DNA from: Octopus vulgaris
Taxonomy: Eukaryota
NCBI GenBank assembly: GCA_951406725.2
Contig: OX597823.1
Coordinates: 78,120,001-78,184,000 of the forward strand
Reading direction: 5' to 3'
DNA: 64,000 bases
Below, one piece after another: positions 1-12,868 of the stretch. The number at the start of each line of letters is the position of its first letter. Positions within the stretch are counted from its first letter, which is position 1. The notes beneath the pieces are model-generated. The model did no database searches, had not been told where the DNA came from, and was given only the letters and a program-made list of their open reading frames with translations. The translations under genes were made by a program, and so were the position numbers.

Positions 1-140
1 CAAACTACCAAGCATTATAAGGTTATATTATTAGAAGAAAAGGATATTCACAGAAGTTATAAGAAATTGGATTTTACAACTGGATATTTGGACATCAGAA
101 TCCAAACGTGTATTATTGTTGTTGGAACATTACATCAGAC
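1..140 (+). pseudogene. Possible decayed hAT transposase fragment
   Basis: With one frameshift reads KKLDFTT/DIWTSESKRVLLLLEHYI, resembling the hAT SFTTDxWTS...HFI motif around the first catalytic Asp; stops present. Confidence 0.35.
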
Positions 141-823
141 AGTTTTTCCTTATCATTTTCTCTTCGCTAATATAACACTGAAGCATGGCATACTATTCCA
201 ATTAAGTTAGTTACATATATAAAGCTTGAAAGATTTTTTTTATTATCTCTTAGAATATAAACTGATATTTATAACCTGGCAAGTTTTATGCTTATGTTTT
301 CAGCTCTTTGAGTAGAAGAAAACAAGGTTTTCATTCTCTATAACGTTCCTACACTAATTAACTCTGTATTCGAAGAATTCTGATAATCAAATGTCACAGT
401 TTCTTTAGAATTAAAAAAATCTGATATGTGATACAGTCTCTCAGCTGCAACATATTCTTCAATTATTCACGAATGCACACCATAATAATCCAAGTCCCTG
501 AAGTTTAATTAAGCTATTCATCAATAGTTTTTATTCATATTCTGTTGCAAAATAACATCTAAATCCATGCAATGTTATTCATATATTAAGGGTAGAGAAT
601 TTGCAGCATCATTAAACCATCATCCAAAATACCTTGTGGTGTTAAAATCCTGCTCATGTTGACTTTACCATTCACTCTTCTGTTAAGAAAAGTACTTGTC
701 AAATATTGGATGGTGGGGGTGTGATAGTATTACCTTTACCATCCTGCCAAACCCCTCTAATAACAAAAGAAGAGACATGGATTAGTGGTCAGGGTGTTGC
801 ACTCTTAAAAGCAAGGTCATGGT

Positions 824-1705
824 TTTTATATCCTTCTATGCAGATGTCATGAAGTGGGGATAGACACAACTGTCTTCACACAAAGTACTTCAAATTACTT
901 CACTAAACATGATTCTCCAATAAATACAAACTCCTAATGATCTCAATGGCTTTCTACAATTTCCCCGTCTCAACCAATATGCTACTCTTTATAAGAGTTC
1001 AGCTAGTCTATTCTTCTAATCCCACAGGTGTGTCAATGACTTTTGTCACAATATCTCCCTCTTTGAGATTTACTTCCTAGGAAAGTTTAATATTTCTTTC
1101 GTTTAGGTATGACTTCCAACCATTCTGTTTGTTTCCTCTTTCTTGTGCTGCTATGCCTAGGGTTAAATTCTTGTGACGTTGGAACATCAAAGGTATTGTA
1201 GAGCACTTCCATGGGTATCTCTTCTCTTTTTTCTGTATATTTATTTTTTAGCTGGTTTAAATGTCTTTTGTGTTCCCAATTTTCACCTCTTTTGCCTATT
1301 CATTTTTTTACTACCCCATCTTCCGAACCGTCTCTTCACTTTTATGTATTTTGAAAAATACCTTGACAACCAATATTAGAATATTTTGTCATATTTTTAG
1401 TGTTTTCTTACTAGTAACAGCTTGTCAAAAATTGACTTTATTTTTTGAGCAAGCATTAGTTCTGCAGGCGACGTGCCTGAACAAGTGTTTGGGTTTGGTG
1501 TTATTCAATAAATCTTCAAATTACTCCACTAAACATGTTACTTCTCTTAATACAAACTCTCAACGATTTCAACAACTTCCTACAGCTTCCTTGAACTCTC
1601 TACAACTCCAACGACTTCCCCTATCTCAACCAATATGTTACTCTTTATAAGAGTTTTAGTTCATTCTTCCAATCCCACAGGGTGTCAATGACTCTTGCCA
1701 CAACA
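824..1705 (-). mobile_element. Internally deleted Ty3/Gypsy LTR retrotransposon remnant
   Basis: Diverged direct repeats ~888-1053 and ~1514-1705; minus-strand start TGTTGTGG; polypurine tract AAAGAGGGAGA (1054-1064) abutting the 3' LTR; 4-bp TSD TGGT (820-823, 1706-1709); integrase remnants between the LTRs. Confidence 0.85.
1088..1506 (-). pseudogene. Gypsy pol C-terminus (integrase end), frameshifted
   Basis: Minus-strand peptides ITPNPNTCSGTSPAELMLAQK..KSIFDKLL, WEHKRHLNQLK and EEIPMEVLYNTFDVP...RHSSTRKRKQTEWLEVIPKRKKY*, typical of the Gypsy integrase TP..T..SPAELM and RHxNQL motifs. Confidence 0.8.
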
Positions 1706-2043
1706 TGGTTTCAAGTCACAAACAAGGCAGTGCATTGTGTTCTTGTGCAAAATATTTCATTTCACATTGCTCCAGTCCACTCAACTGTAAATGTGTAAAC
1801 GTGTGATAGACTGGTTCCTATTCAGAGGAAATATTGTGATATTGGTTACTTTTATGCCATGGAAACTGTGCAACCAGCCCTATGGGCCTGAGGACTGGTG
1901 ACAGTAATGTCTAGGGGTTGTTGTTGATGATGATGACACTATCCAATAATAAATGGCCTTGTGCCAATGGTAAGAATTAATTTGATTGCTACTTAGGTAA
2001 TAGACTTCGAATTTTATTAGGACAGCAAAATGGAATATTGTGA

Positions 2044-2047
2044 TATA

Positions 2048-2106
<59 letters not shown>

Positions 2107-2127
2107 GTATGTGTATATATATATATA
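2044..2127. repeat. (TA)n microsatellite
   Basis: Visible dinucleotide run. Confidence 0.95.
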
Positions 2128-2606
2128 GCCCACCAAATATCCCAATGTTCCATTTATATTATTAAAAGTTTCTCTCTCTCCAAAGATATTAATGACTTAA
2201 GGGAAGTGAATTGGTTCCAACTGAAAATTGAAAATGACTCACAAACTTGTCTCTTTGAGAATTCACTCTTACATTAAGTTGCTTGTACAATTGCTACTTA
2301 ATGTATGTAACATTATTGAAAACTACTTCTAGTGGTTTTGAGATAGCTTATTTTCACTGACCATAAGATTTCTTTTTCTATATATATATAACAGAAATAA
2401 AATTATGTGAAAATCTCTTAGATGATCAAATTTAAAATGTTCTATTCTAAGAGTTAAAGAAATTTCAATAATGCCAGTTTGCCATCAAAATAAAAGAGCT
2501 TTGAAGAAAATAGCAAAATCAAAGGAACAAAACAAAAACAAAATTTTAAAAAAAGCAGTCAATAATGAAATAGATATAGTAAAAGATTTATTAAAATCAT
2601 TGCTAT

Positions 2607-3027
2607 GAGTGGCTGTGTGGTAAGTAGCTTGCTTACCAACCACATGGTTCTGCGTTCAGTCCCACTGCGTGGCACCTTGGGCGAGTGTCTTCTATTATAG
2701 CCTTGGGCCAACTAAAGTCTTGTGAGTGGGTTTGGTAGGCGGAAACTGGAAGAAGCCTGTCGTATATATGTATATATATATATATTTATATATATATGTG
2801 TGTGTGTGTGTGTTTGTGTGTCTGTGTTTGTCCCCCACCAACATTGCTTGACAACCGATGCTGGTGTGTTTACATCCATGTAACTTAGTGGTTCAGCAAA
2901 AGAGAATAAGTCCTTACAAAGAATAAGTCTTACAAAGAATAAGTCCTGGGGTCGATTTGCTCAACTAAAGGTGGTGCTCCAGCATAACCACAGTCAAATG
3001 GCTGATACAAGTAAAAGAGTAAAAGAG
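2607..3027 (+). mobile_element. tRNA-derived SINE family A (internal TA/TG microsatellite, GAGTAAAA tail)
   Basis: Head GGCTGTGTGGTAAG...GTTCAGTCCC, CORE-like ccttgggcgagtgtctt; near-identical to 16512 and 21051; small internal tandem duplication agaataagtc(c)ttacaa at ~2903-2945. Confidence 0.9.
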
Positions 3028-3032
3028 ACAGA

Positions 3033-3420
3033 GGTATGGATGTGAGGTTGAGATGTCTGCTTCCCAACCATGTGATCTCAGGTTCAAACCCATGGAGGGG
3101 TATCTTGAGCAAGTGTCCTCTCCTATGGCCTCTGGCTGAACAAAACCAGTGGGTGGATTTGGTAGACAGACGCATGTGTGTGTATGTGTCTTGACATTAT
3201 ATGCTGGTTGTAAACAAGGATCACAGTCATACAGGCAAGGTTGTTTCTTTCCAGTCTTCCTTGAAAAGTATGTTTGTCCATAGGATGATATAATATCATC
3301 TGGAAGCCAGAGAGGGTTGGCGATAAAAGGACCATTCCACTATAAAAAAAAAATCTGTCTCAATGAATTCCATGTTACCCATGCAAGCATGGAAAGGTGG
3401 ATATTAAATAATGATGATGA
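3033..3420 (+). mobile_element. Decayed SINE with family-A-like head and RTE-like (GAT)n tail
   Basis: GGTTCAAACC B-box-like motif; 3' part acccatgcaagcatggaaaggtggatattaaataatgatgatga matches the RTE-type tails elsewhere in the window. Confidence 0.6.
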
Positions 3421-3769
3421 ATGAGAGGCTCTTGATGTAATTGTCCTATCTACCAGAAATAACAGCCAATCTTTCTAAAACCACACACTGCTGTCTTGGA
3501 CAAAGTAGGGACACATTGGATAATGTAGTCCTCATTACAATGTTACCTCTGCCACAAAAGATGTATGGTGATGGGTAGACTGCTTTTGATCATATGTCTT
3601 CTTGCTCAGAAGTGGCCAGAGGATCTAAACAAAAGCAACGACACTAACATATCTAAGATGAATTTTTTATGTTGAATAATGATTTGTGTGTTGTGTAGGA
3701 GGTGATAAAGGGTTTTGATTCCTTTGAATAAATTTTTCATTAAAACCTTTGATTTAGGTTAAGTTCACA

Positions 3770-4100
3770 CAGTATGGCACATTGGAGATGCTATAGGCAG
3801 AGATTGACCAATGCCTCATGAGTAAATTTGGTGGTTGGAAACTGTGGAAAGCCTGTCGTGTGTGTATGTGTACACATGTGTGTATGAGCGTGCCTTTGTA
3901 TCTGTGTTTGTCTCCCACCACCATTTGACAACCAGTGTTGGTGTGTTTATGTCCCTGGAACACAGCAGTTCAGTAACAGGGACCAGTTAAATAAGTACCA
4001 GGCTCAAAAACGAAATAGGCACTGGAGTCAATTCATTTGATCAAAATTCTTCAAGGTGTATCTCCGACATGGCTGAAGTCTAATCACTGAAACAAAATAA
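3770..4100 (+). mobile_element. Decayed SINE family A
   Basis: Similarity to the family A body (gacaaccagtgttggtgtgttt, aataagtacc) and 3' end. Confidence 0.65.
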
Positions 4101-4129
4101 GAAGTTTGCTTCCCAACCACATGTTTGAT

Positions 4130-5015
4130 GATGATTTGTGCTGATATCTGCCAACTGATAATAAATCTTCATAAGTATAGTGAACTGTGAGAACCCAAGC
4201 GATGATTTGTGCTTAATATGTCCCAGCATACAGGAAAACTTGATCTCTGTTGGAATTACTCTGGTTTATAAATCTACTCACTCAGTGAACTCTGAGAAGC
4301 CAAGTGATGATTTGTGCTTACCGTAAATCCTCGAGTATAGTCTGCCCTTGAGTATAATATGCAGGGAATTTTTAGGGGGCTGTACCTCTGAAAAACCTAA
4401 ACCTTGTGTATAATACGTACCCCTTCTCTAACTTGAGTCAAGGAGGTCTATATAACGTCTTTGGTTTGTAAAAATGTATATGGTAACGCCCTTTATTATT
4501 ATTGTATATATAACATAATGCAAACGTGTAGCTTTTTTGTGCATTTTGTTTGCAGAAAATAAAGAAATAACAGTAATAACGTTTAATAAATGTTGCTTAT
4601 TGCAAGTTATGGATGATTCTTTTATGACTTCATTGCTTTCAGGCTTACCTTAAGGTATTTTTGTACCCGACATTACAAAATGCGTCTGAATAAACATTGC
4701 CAGACAGCAAATAGAGACTCGGACATTGCTTAGAAAATAATTTTCACTTTTAACCTTGTATATAGTATGCACTAGGGATTTTGACCTTTAAATTTTGGGA
4801 AAAAAATGTGGAATATACTCGAGAATTTATGGTAAATGTTCCAGCTTTCAGGAATACTTGATCATTTTCAGAATTATTTTGGTTTATAAGTATACTCACC
4901 CAGTGAACAATGAATGGTGTGAATCCAAATGATGATTTGCGTTTAATATATCTTAGTATACAGAATTACTTGATCTTTATTGGAATTACTTTGGTATATA
5001 AATCTGCTCACTGAG
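4130..5015. repeat. Degenerate ~105-bp tandem repeat (about 4 units) interrupted by a MITE
   Basis: Units start gatgatttg(t/c)g at 4130, 4201, 4306, 4931 and share cagga.acttgatc...gaatta.t.tggt.tata.a...(a/g)ctcac. Confidence 0.8.
4321..4832. mobile_element. Tc1/mariner-superfamily (pogo/Tigger-like) MITE
   Basis: TIRs ccgtaaatcctcgagtatagtc / gaatatactcgagaatttatgg; TA at 4319-4320 and 4833-4834; the host repeat unit resumes after it. Confidence 0.85.
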
Positions 5016-6289
5016 AACAGACCAAGGGTTAAACAGTAATAGCTGTATAACTGTGTTATAAGTTCTAAAATATATCATTTGACATTTGCCACCAATTTTC
5101 TTTCTTTTTTTTTTTTTTTGGTTTTTATTCTCAATGTTGAGGAAGGATGTTTCTGCAATATAAAAAGCAAAATAAAACAAAATGTAACAAAATAAAAAAA
5201 AAAACATGTCAGCTGTTCTAGTATAAAGCAGCCAATTCTATTAGTTAAATGGGTATCTATAGGAGAACCTCATAACTAAATTCCAGTCAGCTGTAGCAAA
5301 AAGTGACTAGATTCTTGTCAGGTGCTGCAGTAATGTGAATTTGGGAGAGGGATTTACAGCCAAATTTCTTTGGATATTTTGCTATTTTTAAAAAACACAG
5401 TTGCTTATTGCTGGCTCTGTGGTTGTTATTGAATTCTTAAAATTTCTGTCATGGAAATGCAGGAGTTTAGTCCTCACTTTAATTGACTGTTTTCTTTTAT
5501 TTTTTGTAGTTGTTGTTGCTTTTTTTTTTTTGTCCTTCTTTTACATTATATTTGTTTCTTATTTATGTTTTGTTTATTTATTTTACTTTTGGTAACCCAA
5601 CAGGTATCAAATTTTATCAAATTTACTTTTCTGATAATGAAAAAATTGAACTTGTGCATCCCAAAGGCATAAGAAAATGAGTGCTTATTTAATAAAGAAA
5701 ATGTTCCAGTATTCATGTTTTGCAAAACCACCACTTTGAATTTCCAAAATTCTTAGAGCAGAAAACTAATCAAAAAACTTTTCTAATTTCCTTTCTGAAA
5801 CTCCATATGAAAATTATTTCTTTAGGGAGAGACTAACAGAAGCCACTTACTTCTTATCTTATTTTCATCTCGCAAAAGCCATATTTTATGCCTTGTAATC
5901 ATTTTTTGAATATGTTGTTTGGTCTATGCTGATACCATGTAAGATACCTTGTAAAGTTTGTCATTCACCAGCATAAAGCAATGCAGAGAAAGGGAAATAG
6001 ATTCAGAGTCTGTGTGAAGAGACTGGAACCGCCAAATTACTTTCTTTACATGTAGATCACAAGTAGCTAATAATCACTGTACGAATTCAAAATGAAAATC
6101 ACAGCTTGGAACTTCTCTCTTTCACTTGAGTTCACAACTAGCTCAACTTTATGGGCTATTACACTTTGTTCCTAATTTATTTGTTGATACCCTTGTTTTT
6201 TTTTATATAAGTTTATAAAGGAACAGAAGTCTCAGATTATAAGAAAGCATTGGGTATAGATATTGCAATTAATAATTCTATGAGGAGCA

Positions 6290-6588
6290 GTGGGGGCATG
6301 TGGCCTAGTGGTTAGAGCAGCGGACTCGTGGTCGAGGGATCGCGGGTTCGAATCTCAGACTGGGCAATGTGTGTGTTTATGAGCAAAACACCTAAGCTCC
6401 ATGCGGCTCCGGCAGAAGGTAATGGCGAACTTCTGCTGACTCTTTTGCCACAACTTTCTCTCATTCTTTCCTCTTGCAGCTCACCTGCGATGGACCGGTG
6501 TCCCATCCAGGTGGGCAAACCTATATGCCAAGGAAACTGGGAAACTGGCCCTTAATGAGCCAGGCATGGCTCAAGAAGGAGAAGGAAA
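6290..6588 (+). mobile_element. tRNA-derived SINE family B, tail type 1
   Basis: A box TGGCCTAGTGG, B box GGTTCGAATCT; TSD atgaggagc at 6280-6288 and 6589-6597. Confidence 0.9.
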
Positions 6589-8890
6589 ATGAGGAGCTGT
6601 AGAAAGTTCCTGATGGCCTAAATTTCTGATGCAGCTCAGATTTTCGGTTGTGATCATTCATTTCAGTTCTACAGTAAATGCCTGTTAGAAGAGGACATAA
6701 GCATTACAGGATTTTGCTTCCTTTCCTTCATAGATCTCCTGTTTATATATAAACAAATGCGTTTGAAGATTTAAAGTTAATATTTGCTCAGCTACATCAA
6801 CAAAAATGTAGCTTCAGACAAATGCAAGTTTAAGGATAAAAAGACAGGTTTGTGTTTCTGAAACAAACAATTGTAGCTGCATTTTTTTTCAGTTCTGCAA
6901 AGCGAATATATATCCTGACCCATTAGCTCTCTTGTAATGCATCATTTCTGTCATTTGTGTGCAATAGCTTAAGTATATCTCAAGTGGGAAGGTTATATTA
7001 AATTCCCGTTTTCATACTGACTGCTGCATGAAAATCACTGTGTGTCAAAATAAAAATTGACAACTATGCATCTTATTCCAGCTACTTGTATGCTACACTA
7101 ACCATATTTCTAGTTCTATAAATGCATATAATAATATAAATGATAATAATGTTTTTCTTTATTTTGCCTTTAAGTTTTTGAACAGAAAAATATCCATCTA
7201 GAAATTTATGAATCAAAGTTTTTCTTTACTTTAAATATATTTTATATAAACATTCATCTGTAATTGCTGAGGTGATAAAGTTGGATGGTTCTGACTACCC
7301 TTCATATGACATAATCTGTAAAGCATCGTTTCGAAATTGTTACTATCTTGCCACAATTGCTATATATCATAATAGATCATGGCATTTCAGCAATATCCAG
7401 CTTAATTCTTACTTAAGCTGTAAGGGAATTAGAAAATTCCAATTCCTATCAAATATTGCATAGCTATATTTTACTTTTTCATAACTTCCAATGACCACTC
7501 TCACAAAACTTACAGTGACCACTCAGTCCATTATCAAATAGGTGGCTTCCATCTGTAAGAAATCAGATGGACTTAATGTGCTTCTCTGCAAGATTTTGAT
7601 CAGAGATCTATGATATTTTTAAAGGCAGTGACAGATTTGCTTCCACTTGAATACATTGATCGCTCAAAGTATAACAGAAGAAATTCTGCTTGGAATTTCT
7701 CCAATACAATCATTTCCTATCGAAGGAAATATGATTAAAGATTTTAAATATTTCCTTAGTATTGGTATTGATAAATACTTTGGTCAATGCAGATTCACTT
7801 TACCGTAAATTGAGCACACTCTGAAAATTTATGATTGCACCAAAAGAAAATGGATTGCATATGGACTTAAGTAGATTGATTTTATAATTTGGAATGGGAG
7901 ATTTAGATGCTTCCTATGAAAGGCTTTTGATTTTAGATACAACCGAAAGTGTGATTTACTTGAAAAGTGTAACCATTAAATGTTAATGAAATATTACTTC
8001 GGTATTCATCTAAAGAAATGAGGGTGGAGGAGTGGAGTAAAACAATGTTTCAAATATAATTTTATCTTTATTGGTTAACGTGTGGCATGTAGAGTTGAAA
8101 TAGCCATATAGGGAAGATATTAAATTACTAACTCTAATTATGTGAGATCATTTTCACTGAAATTATTTCACTGTACCTGTGGGTAAAATGCATCATCATA
8201 TGAGATGCATTTCCTGTAATGTTAAGGAATAATTACCATGGATTTCTAGGAAATTAATTGGGTTTGCAAAAATGTTATATCCATCCAAGTGGTTATTTAA
8301 CTTTTATCCATTTAATACTACTGAAGTGATAATTTACAATTGAAAATAAAAATTTTTATCCAACAAACTTCATATCATAAATGCCTCTTCTCTCTCCCTC
8401 CCTCACTATATCAAACATAAGTAAATTTATATACTTTTATTCTTTTACTGGCTTCAGTAATTGCGTTGCGACTTTAGTGGGAGATCAACTTCAAAGGATG
8501 TAGTTGATTATATCAACCTTATATTAGGATTAGCAATTAATGACATTTGTGGATCAATTAAGAAAGGCACAGTCGATGAGGCATGGAGGGAAGTAACTCA
8601 GATAAAATACAAATGGCATTTTTTGCACTACAAACTGATTCTGTCATCCAACGTATTGCATATATATAGATGTGTGGTTAAGTAGTTCCTTTCACAACCA
8701 CAAGGTTTCAGGTTCATCCCTACTGTGTGGCAATTTTGAAAAGTGTCTTCTACTATGACCTGTAGCAGATTTCATAGATGGACACAGTAAGACTGATCCT
8801 AACTTCTGATGAAATGGACATGTCTTGTGTGCCCATAAAGTTTTAAGTCACATGAAGCTGATTTAAACTGTTATAACACACATATACATT

Positions 8891-9693
8891 TTCTTTTACT
8901 TGTTCCAGTCATATGACTGGCCATACTGGAGCACTGCCTTCAGTCGAACAAATCAATCCCAAGACTTATTCTTTGTAAGCCTAGTACTTATTCTATCAGT
9001 TTCTTTTGCCAAACTGGTAAGTTATGTGGGACAAACACAGACACACAAATACACACACACACACACACACATGATGGGCTATTTTCAGTTTCTGTCTACC
9101 AAATCCACTCACAAGGCTTTGCTTGGCCTGAGTGTGGCCATGCTGGGGCACAGCCTTGAAGAATTTTAGTTAAATGAATCAACCCCAGTACTTTATTTTT
9201 TAAGTTCTGGTAATTATTCTATCAGTCGCTTTTGCTGAACCACTAGGTTACAGAGATGTAAAAAAAAACATGGGTGGCAAACACAGACACACACACACAC
9301 ACATTCTTATATTATTTTATTTTTTAACTTGTTTCAGTCATTTTACTGTGGCCATGCTGGAACACTGTTTTAAAGGGTTTTTAGTCATGGAAATTGACCC
9401 CAGGACTTATTTTTTGTAGATCTAGTATGTATTCTATCAATCCCTTTTGCTGAACCACTAAGCTATGGGGATGTAAACAGACCAACATCAGTTGTCAAGT
9501 GAGGATGGGAGACAGACACAGACACATACACACACACATACACACACACAAACACACACACACACACACACACACGCATATATACGACAGGCTTCCAATC
9601 CCCTCACAAAGCTTTCGTTGACCCAAGGTTCCACAAAGTTGGACAGAACCTGAAACCACGTGGTTGGGAAGCAAGCTTCTTACCACACAGCCA
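8891..9693 (-). mobile_element. Cluster of three SINE family A copies or fragments
   Basis: Reverse-complement family A segments start at ~8891, ~9130 and ~9325; head ends at cttaccacacagcc (~9692). Confidence 0.8.
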
Positions 9694-10176
9694 CATATAT
9701 GTATATATATACACACACACACTTACTCACAAACATACAATACGTATATAAGTGTGTATATGTATACATATATATGCATATCTATTTGTCTTTCAATATA
9801 TATGTACTCATACACACACACATAGATATAGCCAAAATGCCTCAGCACATTTTGTCTCCCATACACACACACATACAGAAACATACACACATGCTTGAAA
9901 TATTCAAATATGATTTTCAAGAATATATATTAGTTATAAAGTTATAAAATATTTTCATTTCATTTTACAATTGATGAAACACTACATACTATATTAATTA
10001 GTTTTTTGACAAGAAACTGCTAACGTATCTTTGGAGAATTTCCACTATTTCATTAAACTGGAAACTAATCTCAGAAAATTCAAAGAATTGCACCAAGAAA
10101 CAGAGTTGTGAGCATTTTTCTCAAAGCAAGTTTTATTTATTTTTGATAATGTAAAATCAGTTGAGAAATACCCGTA

Positions 10177-10746
10177 CTGTAATACCTCACTTTACGAGAC
10201 CCCCAGCTTTACAAGTTTTCTTTTTCAAGCACAAGACCCAAATTTTGAAGGAAGTGCTAAAGTTTCTACTACCATAACGGCTTGTGTGTGTTGCTGAGAA
10301 ATTTATAGAGAGCGAAAAATAGCTTCTTCAAGCAAACAACTCTAGATGTGGTTTTTAAAAAGAATTCTACGTGTCTATCTGCAAGTGCTTATGAATCAGT
10401 GATCACAAGTCTAGTGTGAATGAAAGGGATTCAGAAAATTATTATTATAATTTTATTATATTTCATTATATTTTATCATAATTTTATCATAATTCATTAT
10501 AATTTATTATAATTTTATTATAAATGATCTTGACATCATTTTTGCATTACATACAGTATTCTTTACATTCTACTGTTGCTTTATTGTTATTTATTCATGA
10601 ATATTATAAATCTGATGGGTAAAATACATTTCTGGGAGCGGATTACAACTTATAACATTGCTACTATGGGAAATTATTGTTTAATGAGTTTTTGTTGAAT
10701 GAATGATCTCTGGAAGCAAATGAGCTTGTATATTGAGGCATTACAG
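10177..10746. mobile_element. pogo/Tigger-like MITE
   Basis: TIRs ctgtaatacctca / tgaggcattacag; TA at 10175-10176 and 10747-10748; AT-rich interior. Confidence 0.75.
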
Positions 10747-10852
10747 TATATCACTTTTGTCATTTATTATTTTTTCCTTATGTGTGTGTTATAGGAAATG
10801 GGAGTGAAGCAGAGCAGTTATGTGTTCCATTGTTTATATATGTATACACAAA

Positions 10853-11035
10853 CATCATCATCGCCACAATTTTAATGTTTGCTTTTCCATGCTTGCATGA
10901 GACAGACAGAATTTGTTGAGGCAGATTTTTTATTGCTGGGTGCTCTTTCTGCTGCCAACCTTCACATACTTCTCCATGGCCTGATATGTTTTCAAAGAAG
11001 ATTGGAAGTGAACAACACCACTTGTATGATAGCAA
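10853..11035 (-). mobile_element. RTE-type 3' tail fragment
   Basis: catcatcatc...ttttccatgcttgcatg...gctgggtgctcttt...gccaacc matches other copies in the window. Confidence 0.55.
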
Positions 11036-11183
11036 TTCCCATTTTAAACTATTGCCTGATATAAAAACACAGAGACATAAGCATACATACACTCAGCCTA
11101 TCTTTCCCATTACCCCTTAATGGATGTGTTCCAGCATTTACTTCCATACTCCCTTGTAAAAATATACACAAAATAATCATTAT

Positions 11184-11495
11184 GGAGGCGCAGTGGCCCA
11201 GTGGTTAGAGCAGTGGACTTGTGGTTGGAGGATCGTGGTTTCGATTCCCAGACTAGGAGTTGTGTGTGTTTATTGAGCGAAAACACCTAAAAGCTCCACG
11301 AGGCTCTGGTAGTGGGTGGTGGCCACCCCTGTTGTACACTTTCGCCCCAACTTTCTCTCACTCTCCCTTCCTGTTTCTTGAGTAATGCTGCAATGGACTG
11401 GTGTCTCGTCCAGCTGGGGGGAATGCATATGCCAGAGAAACCAAGAAACTGTGCCCATGAACCTGGCTAGGCTTGGAAAGAGAACATAAATAAAT
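11184..11495 (+). mobile_element. SINE family B, tail type 1
   Basis: A box TGGCCCAGTGG, B box GTTTCGATTCC; 14-bp TSD aaaataatcattat at 11170-11183 and 11496-11509. Confidence 0.9.
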
Positions 11496-12623
11496 AAAAT
11501 AATCATTATAAGTAAAAACTCATGTCATTATCAAAACTCTGTCTTTAAGATAGCATGTTATCTTAGCTCTGTGTCTGTTTCTCTTATTAGATATATTTGG
11601 CCAAATGAACAAGTAATTCATAATTCTAAAAGGGACCAAATTCATTTAAGAATATACTGTATAAATATTCTTTATTTTGAATAATATTTCATATTTTATA
11701 ACCCATTTTCCTACTTGAAAGTAGTTCATCAGAGATGTGAGTATATAGGTACAATTTCATTGTTTAAATATTTAGAGAGAAGTAAGAAATATTAAGCAGA
11801 AACAATAGGCAAGACAGTTGCTGGAATGGGAGAAGAGTCATAGATAAATCTATAAAGGAGGAGAAAGCTTTCATTACAAGAACAATGTAAGCAAGAGAAT
11901 GTAAAATAAATGAAAATAGCATTAATAGAGAAACAGGGCGGAAGGGAAGAAATCAGAACGCAGCAGATGTTATCAAGATCTCTTTAAATATTTGGCAACT
12001 ATAGTAGAGTTAAACCAGTAAAATTAATTTGAAATTTAAATTAATCAATGCAATTTGTAGCTAAGAGTCACATACAAAGGCTTTGTATAAAAGGGGATTT
12101 AAGGATAAAATCTATAGTATTAAATCAAATACAACTCAGTAAATAATAGGAATAGAAAAAGAGACATCTGTTGGTTGTTTAGAGGTAGTTATTAATACAA
12201 GAAAAAATTTCTTTAAGTTACTAAAATGGTATTTCTCACTGCAGTATAGATATTGATGAATATTTAATGAAAATATTAAGATTTCCTATTTTGCTGCAGT
12301 TAATTTAACCCAAAATATAGTCCCTCCTAATCTGGTTTTGATAAAATTTGGATAAGTTAAGTGAAACTAGGACTGTCCTTACTTTTAACTACTGCAAGTA
12401 CTTTGTTTCACACATCCTAACTCTAACTATTTGACGAAAGTCATTGGGTATCAAAATGATAGAAATACTACTAATACCTCTAAATAAGAACCTTCCATAA
12501 AGATTTTCTCTTTGATAAGGACGTTATCGTGTTTATGATATACAACCTGTGAATCTCAACTTTCTGGGTGTATCTAAAGTAATCTGATTGCATACCAAGG
12601 AGATCAATATATATATATATATA

Positions 12624-12819
12624 GTTAATCCAAACATGAAAACACAGCAATGCAAGGACGTGGAACAAGTATAGTATTATTGGACGCTCAGGAAAGAAGG
12701 AAGGAGGGAGGGTTTAACGTTTTGAGTGGAGCTCTTTGTCAGAAACATTGGAAAAGGGAAGATCCAAACAAAGGAAGACGGAACAAAAAAATCGCCAACG
12801 GTACACATGCAGTCACATT

Positions 12820-12825
<6 letters not shown>
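12624..12825 (-). mobile_element. (TA)n-embedded Penelope-pLTR-like cassette with a decayed hammerhead
   Basis: Flanked by (TA)n on both sides; contains the degenerate hammerhead at 12712-12746. Confidence 0.55.
12712..12746 (-). ncRNA. Degenerate minimal type I hammerhead ribozyme
   Basis: Minus strand gttt-CTGACAA-agagctccactc-AAAA-cgttaaac; the core deviations from CTGACGA/GAAA are G>A changes at CpG sites. Confidence 0.6.

Positions 12826-12865
<40 letters not shown>

Positions 12866-12868
<3 letters not shown>

Larger units (their letters stand above)
776..1900 (+). mobile_element. Old tRNA-derived SINE (family E) split by the Gypsy insertion
   Basis: A-box-like TGGATTAGTGG at ~778; removing 824-1709 restores aaggtcatggtttcaagtc followed by tgtgttcttgtgcaaaatattt...ccagtccactcaactgtaaatg, similar to 27531-27860. 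Confidence 0.6.

Noticed and set aside
1261-1650. 129-aa plus-strand ORF
   Set aside because: Antisense to the Gypsy integrase and LTR remnant; no recognisable protein
5278-5342. Hairpin containing the miR-279-like seed TGACTAGA; also bantam-like tgagatcatttt at ~8143
   Set aside because: The seed falls at the terminal loop, the stem is interrupted, and neither matches a mature miRNA beyond the seed region
6290-6365. tRNA genes at SINE heads (also 11184, 14838, 18105, 27531, 50426, 58613)
   Set aside because: A and B boxes are present but the acceptor stems do not close, and each continues into a SINE body, mostly with tail and TSD
7272-7900. Possible decayed LINE reverse transcriptase (IKDFKYFLSIGID resembles FKYLG.ID)
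   Set aside because: One weak motif only, no YADD or QG motif and many stops; would need tBLASTx support
8800-8860. CTGATGA plus hairpin as a hammerhead (similar cases at ~2310, ~27160, ~41480, ~62643)
   Set aside because: GAAA core and/or stems I and III are missing or too degenerate; 62643 is just a 9-bp inverted repeat
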